Assembly (NCBI GenBank): GCA_023701005.1
Contig: JAMPXW010000002.1
Span: 113,053 to 177,052, forward strand
Direction of reading: 5' to 3'
DNA from: Burkholderiales bacterium
GTDB taxonomy: Bacteria > Patescibacteriota > Minisyncoccia > Phycocordibacterales > UBA9973
Length of the DNA stretch: 64,000 nt
Every line of letters starts with the position of its first letter. Within the stretch, counting starts at the first letter, position 1. The notes beneath the pieces are model-generated. The model saw only the letters and a program-made list of their open reading frames with translations. It did no database searches and had not been told where the DNA came from. Shown here in pieces: positions 48,230 through 58,963 of the stretch. The position numbers were made by a program, and so were the translations under genes.

Positions 48230-49420
48230 TCATTTCGGTTCAAATTGCCATAGATCCCAAATATATTTAGCTATGTTTACTGGCTCACCTTCTAAAGGAA
48301 AAGCATGTAGATCAATAAATGGTAAAGAATTACATTCTATAATTCCCCATCTTTGCGTGTCTGGATCTTTCGTTGGATCTTCTATTATCAAATCAAAGCC
48401 AGCCACGGGAACACTCACCAGCTCTCCTGCATTTTTAAAAATTAAATGAAATTTTGGATGAACTTCTGGCAACATTTCTTTCGTATACCCACCATAAAAT
48501 CTACCTGTTTTTGCTAACAAATTTATCTTCTTATCTTTTTCTAAAATGTCATCGACTGTATAACCTTGTCTTTTTATAAAATTAACAAGCTCATCACTAA
48601 TGACTATTTCAGAAACTTTTTCATTTCGATTTTTATTTTTTTCTAAAATTAAATCTTTTATCATCTTCACTCCATCTCCTATGACAAAAGGTGGGTCGGC
48701 TCTAAAAAACCCAACCAAAACATTATTAACGACAGTAGCTCTGTAAACACTTCCAAACAAATGCTCCTGTGCCACCATAGAAAAAGTAATTTGACGGGCT
48801 AGACGATAAGCTTTTTCTAATTCTTCTTTAGTATTTATATTTGTTGTAGTGTGTCTACCCAAAGATCCCGCTTCTGGTTTTATGATGATTGGTTTTGATA
48901 ATTTACCAAAAGCCCGAAGAGCACTTCTAAAAGAAACTATTCTCTCTGTTTTAGGAGAAGGAATATTCGCCTTTTGAAAATTCTTAGCAAATATAAATTT
49001 ATCATCAATCCATCTATATCCTTTATGTGGAAGCCAATAAGGTATAGGTAGACTTTGAAAAAAAACATTTTTACCATTTATCTTTGCTCTATAAAAATCA
49101 ATAGGTTTGCCAAAAAATAGTAATTGCTTCATTTCTATATTTCTTCTTCTTGCTTCTTCCCAAACAAGCCTGGAACGCCCATTGATGACTTTTTCCAAAT
49201 CGTCACTATAACGAATAAAACCTAAAATATATAAAACATTCAATAAAAATTTCTCAATGTAGTCAACAAGTTTTGTATTTTTAAATATAAAAAAAAGAGG
49301 AGAATAAATATTTACGATTTTACTCATTATTTCATCCATTAATCGTAAAAAAAACATCAATCTATGGTTGACTTGGCTAGTGCCACACGAACTGCATATC
49401 TTCTTTGCTTCTTTTCTCAT
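48230..49420 (-). CDS. ATP-grasp domain carboxylate-amine ligase (RimK/cyanophycin-synthetase-like), unknown substrate
   Basis: 'PIIIKPEAGSLGRHTTTNINTKEEL', 'GIIECNSLPFIDLHAFP' ATP-grasp C-terminal motifs; adjacent to ddl. Confidence 0.5.
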   Translation of the reverse strand: MRKEAKKICSSCGTSQVNHRLMFFLRLMDEIMSKIVNIYSPLFFIFKNTKLVDYIEKFLLNVLYILGFIRYSDDLEKVINGRSRLVWEEARRRNIEMKQLLFFGKPIDFYRAKINGKNVFFQSLPIPYWLPHKGYRWIDDKFIFAKNFQKANIPSPKTERIVSFRSALRAFGKLSKPIIIKPEAGSLGRHTTTNINTKEELEKAYRLARQITFSMVAQEHLFGSVYRATVVNNVLVGFFRADPPFVIGDGVKMIKDLILEKNKNRNEKVSEIVISDELVNFIKRQGYTVDDILEKDKKINLLAKTGRFYGGYTKEMLPEVHPKFHLIFKNAGELVSVPVAGFDLIIEDPTKDPDTQRWGIIECNSLPFIDLHAFPLEGEPVNIAKYIWDLWQFEPK

Positions 49421-49584
49421 ACAATATAATTATAAAACAAAAAAGACAGTAAAGATAAACTCTACTGCCTTTTTGTTTACGAAATTAATGTCCTCCTGTC
49501 ATATAAATATAATAAGTAAACAACATTAATAAATCGACACTATATTAATTATATCACCTTTTTAAAAATGCAACAATAAATGCA

Positions 49585-49615
49585 AAACACCCCGCTTACG
49601 CGAGGTGTTTTTGTT
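49585..49615. terminator. hairpin ACACCCCGC-TTAC-GCGAGGTGT with T-runs, ~230 nt downstream of 16S 3' end
   Basis: bidirectional T-runs; overlaps a 73-aa track ORF judged spurious. Confidence 0.5.
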
Positions 49616-49826
49616 TGCTGTTCTATGTTTTGTTTCGTTCTATAAACTTTTTTAATGTATGTCTTTCCACACTTGTCATAAAGTTTTAAGTTCTTAAAAA
49701 CTATTGTGTCGTCAATTGAGCGACACAATACCGACTCAATAAATTCAACCTCTCCGAGGTCAGTCTTCATTTGAGATGAAGAGCTCAGTACTGAAAAATT
49801 TCTTTTTCAGTATTGGAATATTTTCA

Positions 49827-51365
<1,539 letters not shown>

Positions 51366-51749
51366 CTAAAAGTTTAAATTACAAAGTAATTTACCCTTCA
51401 TAGTTCCGTTAGGAACGTAGTAGGGTTATTAATTCTGCTTCGCATAAAGCTACACAGAATAGATTTTACTTCATAAAATCTAGAACGAAACAAAACAAAA
51501 AACAGCATTTACTTAAGTATTTTTTGTCATTCGTTAGAGTTTAATATTTGCTCTAAAAATTATTCTACTTACTCAAAAAACATATTGAGACTTGCTACCC
51601 AATCTGATCTTATAGATTGGGGTTCTCAAGTTATTAACTTGTCAAAGATTGAAACAAAAACGCCCTATCAAATTGGTAGAGACGCTCAGGGGAAAGTATA
51701 TATCAAGCCGACTTCTATGTCAAGCACATAATTAACCTAAAAATACCTA

Positions 51750-51790
51750 TCTAAAAAAGACGGTCCTTGAAAAATTCTTCCAAGGACCGT
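51750..51790 (-). terminator. rho-independent terminator ACGGTCCTTG-(11 nt)-CAAGGACCGT + U-run (minus strand)
   Basis: 10-bp perfect stem; directly downstream of second Lys-rich micro-ORF. Confidence 0.65.
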
Positions 51791-51795
51791 TCTTT

Positions 51796-51855
51796 AAAAT
51801 ATTGTCTATTTTTTTGCCTTTTTAGGCTTCTTTTTCTCTTTTCTATGCCCGTCTC
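51796..51855 (-). CDS. 19-aa Lys-rich micro-ORF (MAKGDGHRKEKKKPKKAKK)
   Basis: ATG...TAG intact, terminator 6 nt downstream; 38 nt after stop of upstream surface-protein gene. Confidence 0.25.
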
Positions 51856-51893
51856 CTTTTGCCATAAATTTATCTTTTTAATTAACTAATAAT

Positions 51894-53108
51894 CTACTCA
51901 CAAGTCACTTCGTGGATCAATATATTATTATTCTCATTGGATTCTTCTATTTCTGAACTACCCCAGCCACAAGCATTATCTGCACAAACTTTAAGTGTAA
52001 ATTTATCTCCCTTCGAACAAATTGGAATCCACCAATCATTGTCAGTAGGAGGAGAACTAAATACCTGATATCCAAACAAAGTTGGACCAACGGCAGAACC
52101 GACACCCAAACTTCCAAAATACCAAGAACCAGCTTCATACTGATTGTTGACTGTCATTCTCACTGTACCTGCTCTTCCCGCAGAAACTTCTCCAATATTT
52201 TTTTCTATAAAATTAAAAACTGGTTTTGATCCGCTCTTCACCGTCGTTGCCCATGTGCCAACTTTCTCAATCACAAAGTCTGGTTTTTTACTACAATCTA
52301 CAAAAACATCTCCGGAGATTTCATTATTATTTTCACTAACTTCAGTTAAACCATTACCACCATCTACTTTAAAAACATAATGATTATTACCACAAGCTGG
52401 CCCATCCCAAATTTCAAAATTACTTGGAAGACTAATATTAGTATTAAGATAAGAACTTAAATCATAAGTACCATTTGAACTTGTTCTTAAAATTGAAAAT
52501 ATTTTTTTCTTAACTTCATAAGAAGAATTATAAAAAACATAATCATATTCCTTTTTACCTAAGTTAAGAATTTTTGCATTTAATGTTATAAATTTGCCTT
52601 GAGAAACTTCAGTGGGCCAAATACCAACTTTCTGAACACTCAAATCAAAATCATTAACACTGAGTGTATTTGGTATCGTTGGTTGAGATATATTATTTAT
52701 ATCTTCTCCATAAGAAGATTTTACTACCACATTAAAAGATGCACTTGCTTCCCCGCTATTACAATCTGAAACACCTAGTTTAACATTATATGTACCAGCC
52801 TTTGACCATCCATGACTTATTCTCAAATATGTATTTGCTTCTTTAGCAGGACAAACCTTGGAAAAAGAAGAACCATCTCCCCAATCCATAGACCAAGCCA
52901 AATTGTCACCATCAGGATCTCTAGCCTTGAAATTAAAAATCACTGGATCATCTGTATAAGCTACACATGATTGCCCTTTTATTAATTTATAACCTGAGAC
53001 AGAAGAACAATCAGGTAGAGAATTTTGCGCATCTAAAAAATTAATTTTAAAAACAAAAAAACTCAACACAAAAGCTACAACAAAAAACAATAATGTGTAT
53101 TTCTTCAT
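51894..53108 (-). CDS. secreted protein with PKD and CARDB-like domains
   Basis: signal peptide; 'NLAWSMDWGDGSS...GTYNVKLGVSD' PKD; two 'xVxKVGxWxTxVxxG' CARDB-like segments. Confidence 0.6.
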   Translation of the reverse strand: MKKYTLLFFVVAFVLSFFVFKINFLDAQNSLPDCSSVSGYKLIKGQSCVAYTDDPVIFNFKARDPDGDNLAWSMDWGDGSSFSKVCPAKEANTYLRISHGWSKAGTYNVKLGVSDCNSGEASASFNVVVKSSYGEDINNISQPTIPNTLSVNDFDLSVQKVGIWPTEVSQGKFITLNAKILNLGKKEYDYVFYNSSYEVKKKIFSILRTSSNGTYDLSSYLNTNISLPSNFEIWDGPACGNNHYVFKVDGGNGLTEVSENNNEISGDVFVDCSKKPDFVIEKVGTWATTVKSGSKPVFNFIEKNIGEVSAGRAGTVRMTVNNQYEAGSWYFGSLGVGSAVGPTLFGYQVFSSPPTDNDWWIPICSKGDKFTLKVCADNACGWGSSEIEESNENNNILIHEVTCE

Positions 53109-53130
53109 AATTTAATTATACCTTTTTATT

Positions 53131-56100
53131 TTATTTCAAGAAAGCACGTGAAAGAGGCCCAAATACACCATCTACCACAAGCCCATTCTTAGCTTGAAAA
53201 GCTTTAACGGCTTTTTCTGTAGCCTTGCCAAAGAAATTTGTCTCTTTTCCTTCTTCTATGCCTTCAACCTTAAAACCATTTCTGTTTAACAATCTCTGAA
53301 GGCATTTTACTTGAGGATCTGTCTTCCCATTTTTCAAAATTATATTAAATTCTCCACAACTTAATTCTTGAGTTTTTACTTCATTTTTTATGGTATTCGT
53401 TTCTTGTTTTTCTTTTGTATTTTTAACATCATCGAAAGCATCCAAGGCACTTGCCATTAAAGATGGCTTGGATGATGCATTCGCAGTAGAACAAGACAAA
53501 TTATATTTAGTTAAAAGATAAGAAACATCAGCACTATTTACAGAACCATTTCTATCTGCATCAGCTCTGTTTTTCTGATCATCTGTAAAAGTTGTCGTTC
53601 CGACAAGGTATTGCATAATCATTGTCGTATCTTTACAATCCACGATACCATCTCCGCTCACATTTCCAAAGACTACTTCTGAAACAGCACATGTGGTATA
53701 ACCTGGAGTTACTGAACTTGACACCCTAGATTCACCCGCACTATTGTAGGCAACTATATTATATGAATATGTAGTATTACATTGAAAACCTGCTAAATCA
53801 GAATATGTTGTAACATTTGGACCAAGTGTAGCTAATAAAGAATTATTTTTATATATTTTAAAACCTGTTTCATTGTTTGAAGTATCTGTCCATGCAAAAT
53901 TTATTGAACTTGTACTAGCACTAGTGATGCGGAAACTTGCAGGTGTCAAAGGCAATTCTACTGGTATTACTTGAGTGCCTACAGTTATCTTTGCAGAAGC
54001 AGAAGCTCCTCCTCCAGCACCAATACATGTAAGAGTGTAATTCTTTGATGAAGTTAGATAATATCCTGCAACCTCACTTCCACTTGTTGCAGATTTTGGA
54101 CCTGACCAATCACCTCCTGCTGTACAAGATGTCGCATTCTTCACTACCCAATTGATCGTCGCCGTACCATTGTAAGATACTGAATCTGGAGAAGTGAAGA
54201 AAGAAATAACAGGAAGAGGAACGACGGGTGTTGTTTGTGGCAAAACATTTATTGTCACATAACTCGTCCCACTTGTGCCACCCGCGCCAGTACATTTAAG
54301 TGAAAAAGTTGTTGTTTTTGTCAGACTGCCTGTAAGCATATTTCCAGATGCAGTTTTGATACCTTCGTATGTACCATCACTTGCTGTACAAGATGTCGCG
54401 TTAATCGAGCTCCAATACATATTCGCCGTGCTTCCATAATCAACTGTCGTTTTATCTGAATAAAAATAACTTACAACTGGAACTGGAAGAGAAGGAATAG
54501 TATTACCTATAACCGTTATACTTAAATTTTTAGAATCACTTTGACCACTAGCATTTGTAGCACTAAATGAAGCTGTATATGTTCCTGCTGTACTATATGT
54601 ATGTGTGAAAGTAGAAGATGGCATAAATGATTGTCTTTGACCATCTCCCCATTCGACTGTATAAGAAACAGCTGTAGTACTATATGCATTTATTTTCCAT
54701 GTACCCGCAGTATTTGCATTGATCGATGTAGGTCCTGATACATCTGAAATATGTGGAGCGGTTGTACTTGTTTTTTGTAAACAAACACCATCCCCTGCTC
54801 CATATTCACATTTTATATTAGTATTTGTTGCATAACTAATACCATTTGTTGTAGTAGGGTCAGTACAAATCCATTCTATGACATAAGAATAACCATCTCC
54901 ATAAAAATTAGCTGGACGAACTGAGTCTGTTTGGTTCTTCATTATTCCATCTGTTCCTAATCCACTTATTGTTCCTTTTATATATTCATTATTCCCATCA
55001 GTATCTAAACAAGCAACAGATGGTTGTTTTTTAGGAACAAGAGTAAGTGTAGCAATATCTGATTTTACTCCTGAACTATTCACACATTGTAGTGTATATT
55101 TTTTTGTCGAAGTTATACTAGCCGTAGGCATACTTCCAGAAGTGGCCTTTAAACCAGAATATGTTCCATCACTTGCTGTACAAGATGTCGCATTAGCAGA
55201 AGCCCAATGTATCGTGACTGTCTCACCATATACTACTTCACCTGGCGTGGTCTGAGGTAGGTAGTAGAAAGAAGTTATTGTAGGAGTTGTGGTGTTTGTA
55301 GAAATGATAGTGAATGTCCCATTACTTTTAAATAAATCTGAAGAACTAACTGATCCATTTAAATTCGTTTCATAAAAGGCATTTATTGTATATTGTCCAG
55401 CTGGCATATTTACAGGAAATGTATACTGCATTGAACCAGAAGTATCAGGATTATTTTGAACTCGTGCGGAAGTTGAGTAAGTAGAATCATTTTTATAAAA
55501 ATTTATATAAGTAAGTCCTGGAGCACCCGGAGTCCATTTAATTGTTATCGTCTGACCTGCTGAAAAAATATCACCAACTTTTGGTGAAAGAACAGATATA
55601 GAAGAAACGCCTACTTTAACAGAAACACTAGCTGATCCAGTTTTTCCATTACTATTAGTAACAAAAAATTTTGGTCCGTATGTACCTGCTTTTAAATAAT
55701 AATGTGTAAAAGTTGCCGATTGTTGAGATGATCGCCAAGCTTCACTAGCATCAGTATCTCCGTCATCTCCCCAGCTAACATAATATGTAAGATTTCCAAC
55801 ACTTGAATCAGAAGCATTTACTGTCCAAGTCCCTGTTTGATTTACATTTAATGTTTGTGGACCAGAAACACTTAAAACGACAGGAGTAGTTGTAGTTTCT
55901 TCCACTTTCACACTCAAGCTTGTCTGTGTACTTTTTCCACTACTATTTGTGACAGTAAATGTCGGATTATATGTTCCAGCTTTACTATATGAATGAATGA
56001 ATGTCGCTGTTTGTCCTGTTTGTTCTGGTGTGTATGCCATAGCACAACTAGCCCCTGAAGGACATGTAAGTGTGACATCTCCCCAATTTACAGAGTATGT

Positions 56101-56595
56101 CAAATTTCCACCAGTTTTATCAGAAGCTTTTATTGTCCATTTTCCATTTTGTCCTATATTTAATGTCTGAGGACCTGTCGCACTCAAAATTGAAATTTCA
56201 TTTGTAATAGGGTCTTTATCTGGATCAACAACTATCTCCCCTCCACAAGAAGCACTTTTTATTTTTGCTTTCGTCGCTGGACCCACATATCCTGTAGGAC
56301 TAATATTATTATCTTTTTGAAAATCTTTTACGGCTTTAAGAGTTAAAATTCCAAAATATCCAGTCGGTTCTGAATTCAAATATCCCTTAACTTGCAAAAA
56401 ATCTTGAAGAAGAGAAACTTCCCCATTTGTATTTGCATCTCGTGCTCTATATCTCAAACCAGAACTTTGCAAAGAGATACAATCTGATGCTGTAGGATTA
56501 GGATCGACATCCCCTACTTGTGCAAAAGAGAAACTTGGGATAACAAGAACAGTTAGAAACAAAACTGAAAGAAAACCCAATATGTATTTTTTCAT
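53131..56595 (-). CDS. 1154-aa cell-surface protein: PG-binding domains at both ends, multiple PKD repeats, FN3, dockerin-like repeat
   Basis: 'LQDFLQVKGYLNSEPTGYFGILTLKAVKDFQ' and 'AVKAFQAKNGLVVDGVFGPLS' (PG_binding_1); '...WGD...AGTY...VTNS.GKS' x3 (PKD); 'DADRNGSVNSADVSYL' (dockerin). Confidence 0.65.
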   Translation of the reverse strand: MKKYILGFLSVLFLTVLVIPSFSFAQVGDVDPNPTASDCISLQSSGLRYRARDANTNGEVSLLQDFLQVKGYLNSEPTGYFGILTLKAVKDFQKDNNISPTGYVGPATKAKIKSASCGGEIVVDPDKDPITNEISILSATGPQTLNIGQNGKWTIKASDKTGGNLTYSVNWGDVTLTCPSGASCAMAYTPEQTGQTATFIHSYSKAGTYNPTFTVTNSSGKSTQTSLSVKVEETTTTPVVLSVSGPQTLNVNQTGTWTVNASDSSVGNLTYYVSWGDDGDTDASEAWRSSQQSATFTHYYLKAGTYGPKFFVTNSNGKTGSASVSVKVGVSSISVLSPKVGDIFSAGQTITIKWTPGAPGLTYINFYKNDSTYSTSARVQNNPDTSGSMQYTFPVNMPAGQYTINAFYETNLNGSVSSSDLFKSNGTFTIISTNTTTPTITSFYYLPQTTPGEVVYGETVTIHWASANATSCTASDGTYSGLKATSGSMPTASITSTKKYTLQCVNSSGVKSDIATLTLVPKKQPSVACLDTDGNNEYIKGTISGLGTDGIMKNQTDSVRPANFYGDGYSYVIEWICTDPTTTNGISYATNTNIKCEYGAGDGVCLQKTSTTAPHISDVSGPTSINANTAGTWKINAYSTTAVSYTVEWGDGQRQSFMPSSTFTHTYSTAGTYTASFSATNASGQSDSKNLSITVIGNTIPSLPVPVVSYFYSDKTTVDYGSTANMYWSSINATSCTASDGTYEGIKTASGNMLTGSLTKTTTFSLKCTGAGGTSGTSYVTINVLPQTTPVVPLPVISFFTSPDSVSYNGTATINWVVKNATSCTAGGDWSGPKSATSGSEVAGYYLTSSKNYTLTCIGAGGGASASAKITVGTQVIPVELPLTPASFRITSASTSSINFAWTDTSNNETGFKIYKNNSLLATLGPNVTTYSDLAGFQCNTTYSYNIVAYNSAGESRVSSSVTPGYTTCAVSEVVFGNVSGDGIVDCKDTTMIMQYLVGTTTFTDDQKNRADADRNGSVNSADVSYLLTKYNLSCSTANASSKPSLMASALDAFDDVKNTKEKQETNTIKNEVKTQELSCGEFNIILKNGKTDPQVKCLQRLLNRNGFKVEGIEEGKETNFFGKATEKAVKAFQAKNGLVVDGVFGPLSRAFLK

Positions 56596-56688
56596 AATTT
56601 TAGACTAATTTTTAATAAAATTTTAATATCAATATTATACTCTCCCTTATGGGAATAGCAAAAAAGTTATACACAATAGAGTCTTATT

Positions 56689-57801
56689 TTATTTACCTAA
56701 AATAATAGCTGCAATATCTGGAAAATGTTCTGTATAATCACCAAAGATTTGTTCTCCGAAAGCATCCACTTCAAATTTCTCCCAAGTTATTTTCTCTTTA
56801 AAACCTGCTCCTGAATATGAACCAAAGCTCATAGGTGAAGAATGTATTTCGATAAATCCTGCCCAAGAACGTACTATCTTTTCTTGCATCTCTTCTGTCT
56901 CTTCCGCGAGAAAATCTTTTTTAATATGTGGAACAACACAAATAGGAAAATCAGCAGCTATACCACCACCCAATTGTAAAAATGCTAAGCCTTTTTCTTT
57001 TGTATTATCCATATACCATTCTGCCAATCTGTGCATGTAACGGAATGAATGCGAGACAACTTCCGGGCTAATTGGTTTTTCTAATTTATATTTAGATAAT
57101 AGTGGATGATCACCATTATAAGATGCTTGAGTGAAAATATTTCCCATTGTTGAATCTTCTACCCCCGGCACAAAGACTGGAATTTTATTTAAAAATGCTT
57201 GATAGAGCCAACACTCATCAGGATTTGCTGTAGGGTCAAAAGTTATAAGTTTCTTTTCGAAAAGTTGGAAAAAATATTCGTGCCACAATAATGGTTTATT
57301 ATTTTCTTCAGCTTCACGCCATAATTTTTCTAATTCTGGTAAAACCACTCTAACTGATTCATCTTCTGGTAAAAATGTATCTGTGATTCTACGAAGTCCC
57401 GCTCTTGCTAATTCTTTTTCTTCCGCTCTGGTTAATTCAACATAATCTGGGATATAGGCATAATGACTATTTGCTACGAGTCTATACAAACTTTCTTCCA
57501 AATTAGCTCCTGTCACAGAAATAGCTGCTATCTTCCCAGCTCTTATAAGCTCAGATATCATGATACCTTGTTGGAAAGAAGAACCAGCGCCCGACATAGT
57601 CAAAAATATCTTCCCTCCTTCATCTGTGTGTTTTTTGAGCCAAAGACCAGCATTTACAGTCTTTCCACCATTACAATGCCTTTTTGTATTTACGAGCCAA
57701 TTGGTAATAGGTGTTTCGGAATTAGGTTTATAATTCCTCTCACCCATGAAAATTTTTGCTTGTAATTCTTTACTTAAAGATGATATTTTTTGTTGTGACA
57801 T
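56689..57801 (-). CDS. deoxyhypusine-synthase-like (DHS family) protein
   Basis: 370 aa; 'IFLTMSGAGSSFQQGIM...ISVTGANLEESL...LGGGIAADFPI' resembles DHS NAD-binding fold motifs. Confidence 0.4.
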   Translation of the reverse strand: MSQQKISSLSKELQAKIFMGERNYKPNSETPITNWLVNTKRHCNGGKTVNAGLWLKKHTDEGGKIFLTMSGAGSSFQQGIMISELIRAGKIAAISVTGANLEESLYRLVANSHYAYIPDYVELTRAEEKELARAGLRRITDTFLPEDESVRVVLPELEKLWREAEENNKPLLWHEYFFQLFEKKLITFDPTANPDECWLYQAFLNKIPVFVPGVEDSTMGNIFTQASYNGDHPLLSKYKLEKPISPEVVSHSFRYMHRLAEWYMDNTKEKGLAFLQLGGGIAADFPICVVPHIKKDFLAEETEEMQEKIVRSWAGFIEIHSSPMSFGSYSGAGFKEKITWEKFEVDAFGEQIFGDYTEHFPDIAAIILGK

Positions 57802-57897
57802 AATCCATATTATACAAAATTAAATATAAAAAATACAATATATAACACAACCCCTTAAATCCCTGTCTACCGACAGGCAGGTTCCTTCTCAAAAGTA

Positions 57898-57936
57898 AAA
57901 AAAGAAAAATCCGCAAGGATTTTTCTTTGCGGATTT
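57898..57936 (-). terminator. rho-independent terminator AAATCCGCAA-(9)-TTGCGGATTT
   Basis: 10-bp perfect stem overlapping stop of 57935-58441 gene, U-run on minus. Confidence 0.6.
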
Positions 57937-58441
57937 AAAAAAGCTTTACATAAAATTCAAACTTCTCAGCAAGTTCTCTTACTATGCCTTGAAGTGCTTG
58001 ATAATATGTACCTCCTCCATTGTCACTAACATAACCTCTGGATGTAGCAGCCACTAATCCATTGGTAGATATTATTGTTATCAAAACTTCTCCCCATTTG
58101 CCATTACGTCCTTTAGCCACTTTATTTTCACTCATGGGATCGTTATGTTGGAGAACTAAATTTACAATAAGAGTATCGCCACCTTTGTCTACTAAATTAA
58201 TTTTCTTTGCACGTGTCAATTCTTCACGGATAGCTGATTGGAGAAAAATACTATCTTCAGCATCTGCAATAATTTTAATGCTTGATACAAAAAAATTAAC
58301 CTGCACATCTCCATTTTCATCATAATAATATTCGTCTTGCACTTCTACATTTGTCTTTCTTGAAGATTGTTGTGCATTTGTGAATGTAAAAGAAAATAAT
58401 AAAACGAGAATTACTAACAGATTTTTCATTTGATACTCCAA
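57935..58441 (-). CDS. secreted hypothetical protein
   Basis: signal peptide 'LLVILVLLFSFTFTNAQ', 168 aa. Confidence 0.45.
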   Translation of the reverse strand: MEYQMKNLLVILVLLFSFTFTNAQQSSRKTNVEVQDEYYYDENGDVQVNFFVSSIKIIADAEDSIFLQSAIREELTRAKKINLVDKGGDTLIVNLVLQHNDPMSENKVAKGRNGKWGEVLITIISTNGLVAATSRGYVSDNGGGTYYQALQGIVRELAEKFEFYVKLF

Positions 58442-58592
58442 TTTGAGGTTTAGTTTTTGATTGTTTAGAACTTATTATCTATATAAAGTATAGCATATAT
58501 AATATTAAAAGTCAAGTAAAACCAGCAAAGAGCTTTAAAAAATAAAGACATATTAATAAAGAAGAGGGTTTTAGAGAAGGTTGTATTTTCTT

Positions 58593-58617
58593 CCCCTCTC
58601 CTTAATAAGGAGAGGGG
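58593..58617 (+). repeat. GC/purine-rich hairpin CCCCTCTCCTT-AAT-AAGGAGAGGGG upstream of secG
   Basis: 11-bp perfect stem; no flanking U-run. Confidence 0.5.
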
Positions 58618-58678
58618 TTAAGGGGTGAGGTAATTATTATATATTGCATTTAGTCTCTTTTTATGCAATACTATATGT

Positions 58679-58918
58679 ATGCAATTAGTAGCTACAATAC
58701 TTCCATATGCACAGATAATACTCTCTGTATTATTGGTGACAGCGATATTACTCCAACAATCTGGAGCTGGTTTAGGTGGCGCACTAGGAGGAAGCGATGG
58801 TGATGCATTTCATCACACACGTAGAGGTTTTGAAAAATTTCTTTTTTATCTATCCATAGTTTGTGGAATTCTTTTTACTTTATTTGCTTTTCTTACTATA
58901 ATAATAAAAAGTAATTAA
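58679..58918 (+). CDS. secG: preprotein translocase subunit SecG
   Basis: 79 aa; 'LLVTAILLQQSGAGLGGALGGSDG' SecG signature, two TM. Confidence 0.7.
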   Translation: MQLVATILPYAQIILSVLLVTAILLQQSGAGLGGALGGSDGDAFHHTRRGFEKFLFYLSIVCGILFTLFAFLTIIIKSN

Positions 58919-58963
58919 TCTTCCCTTTCCTCTCAGAGAAGTTTCGTATTAAATTTTAGTTTT

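Noticed and set aside
49549-49770. 73-aa minus-strand ORF just downstream of the 16S gene
   Set aside because: It overlaps the terminator hairpin (49585-49615) and the structured 16S trailer. It has no RBS and no motif, and is most likely non-coding.
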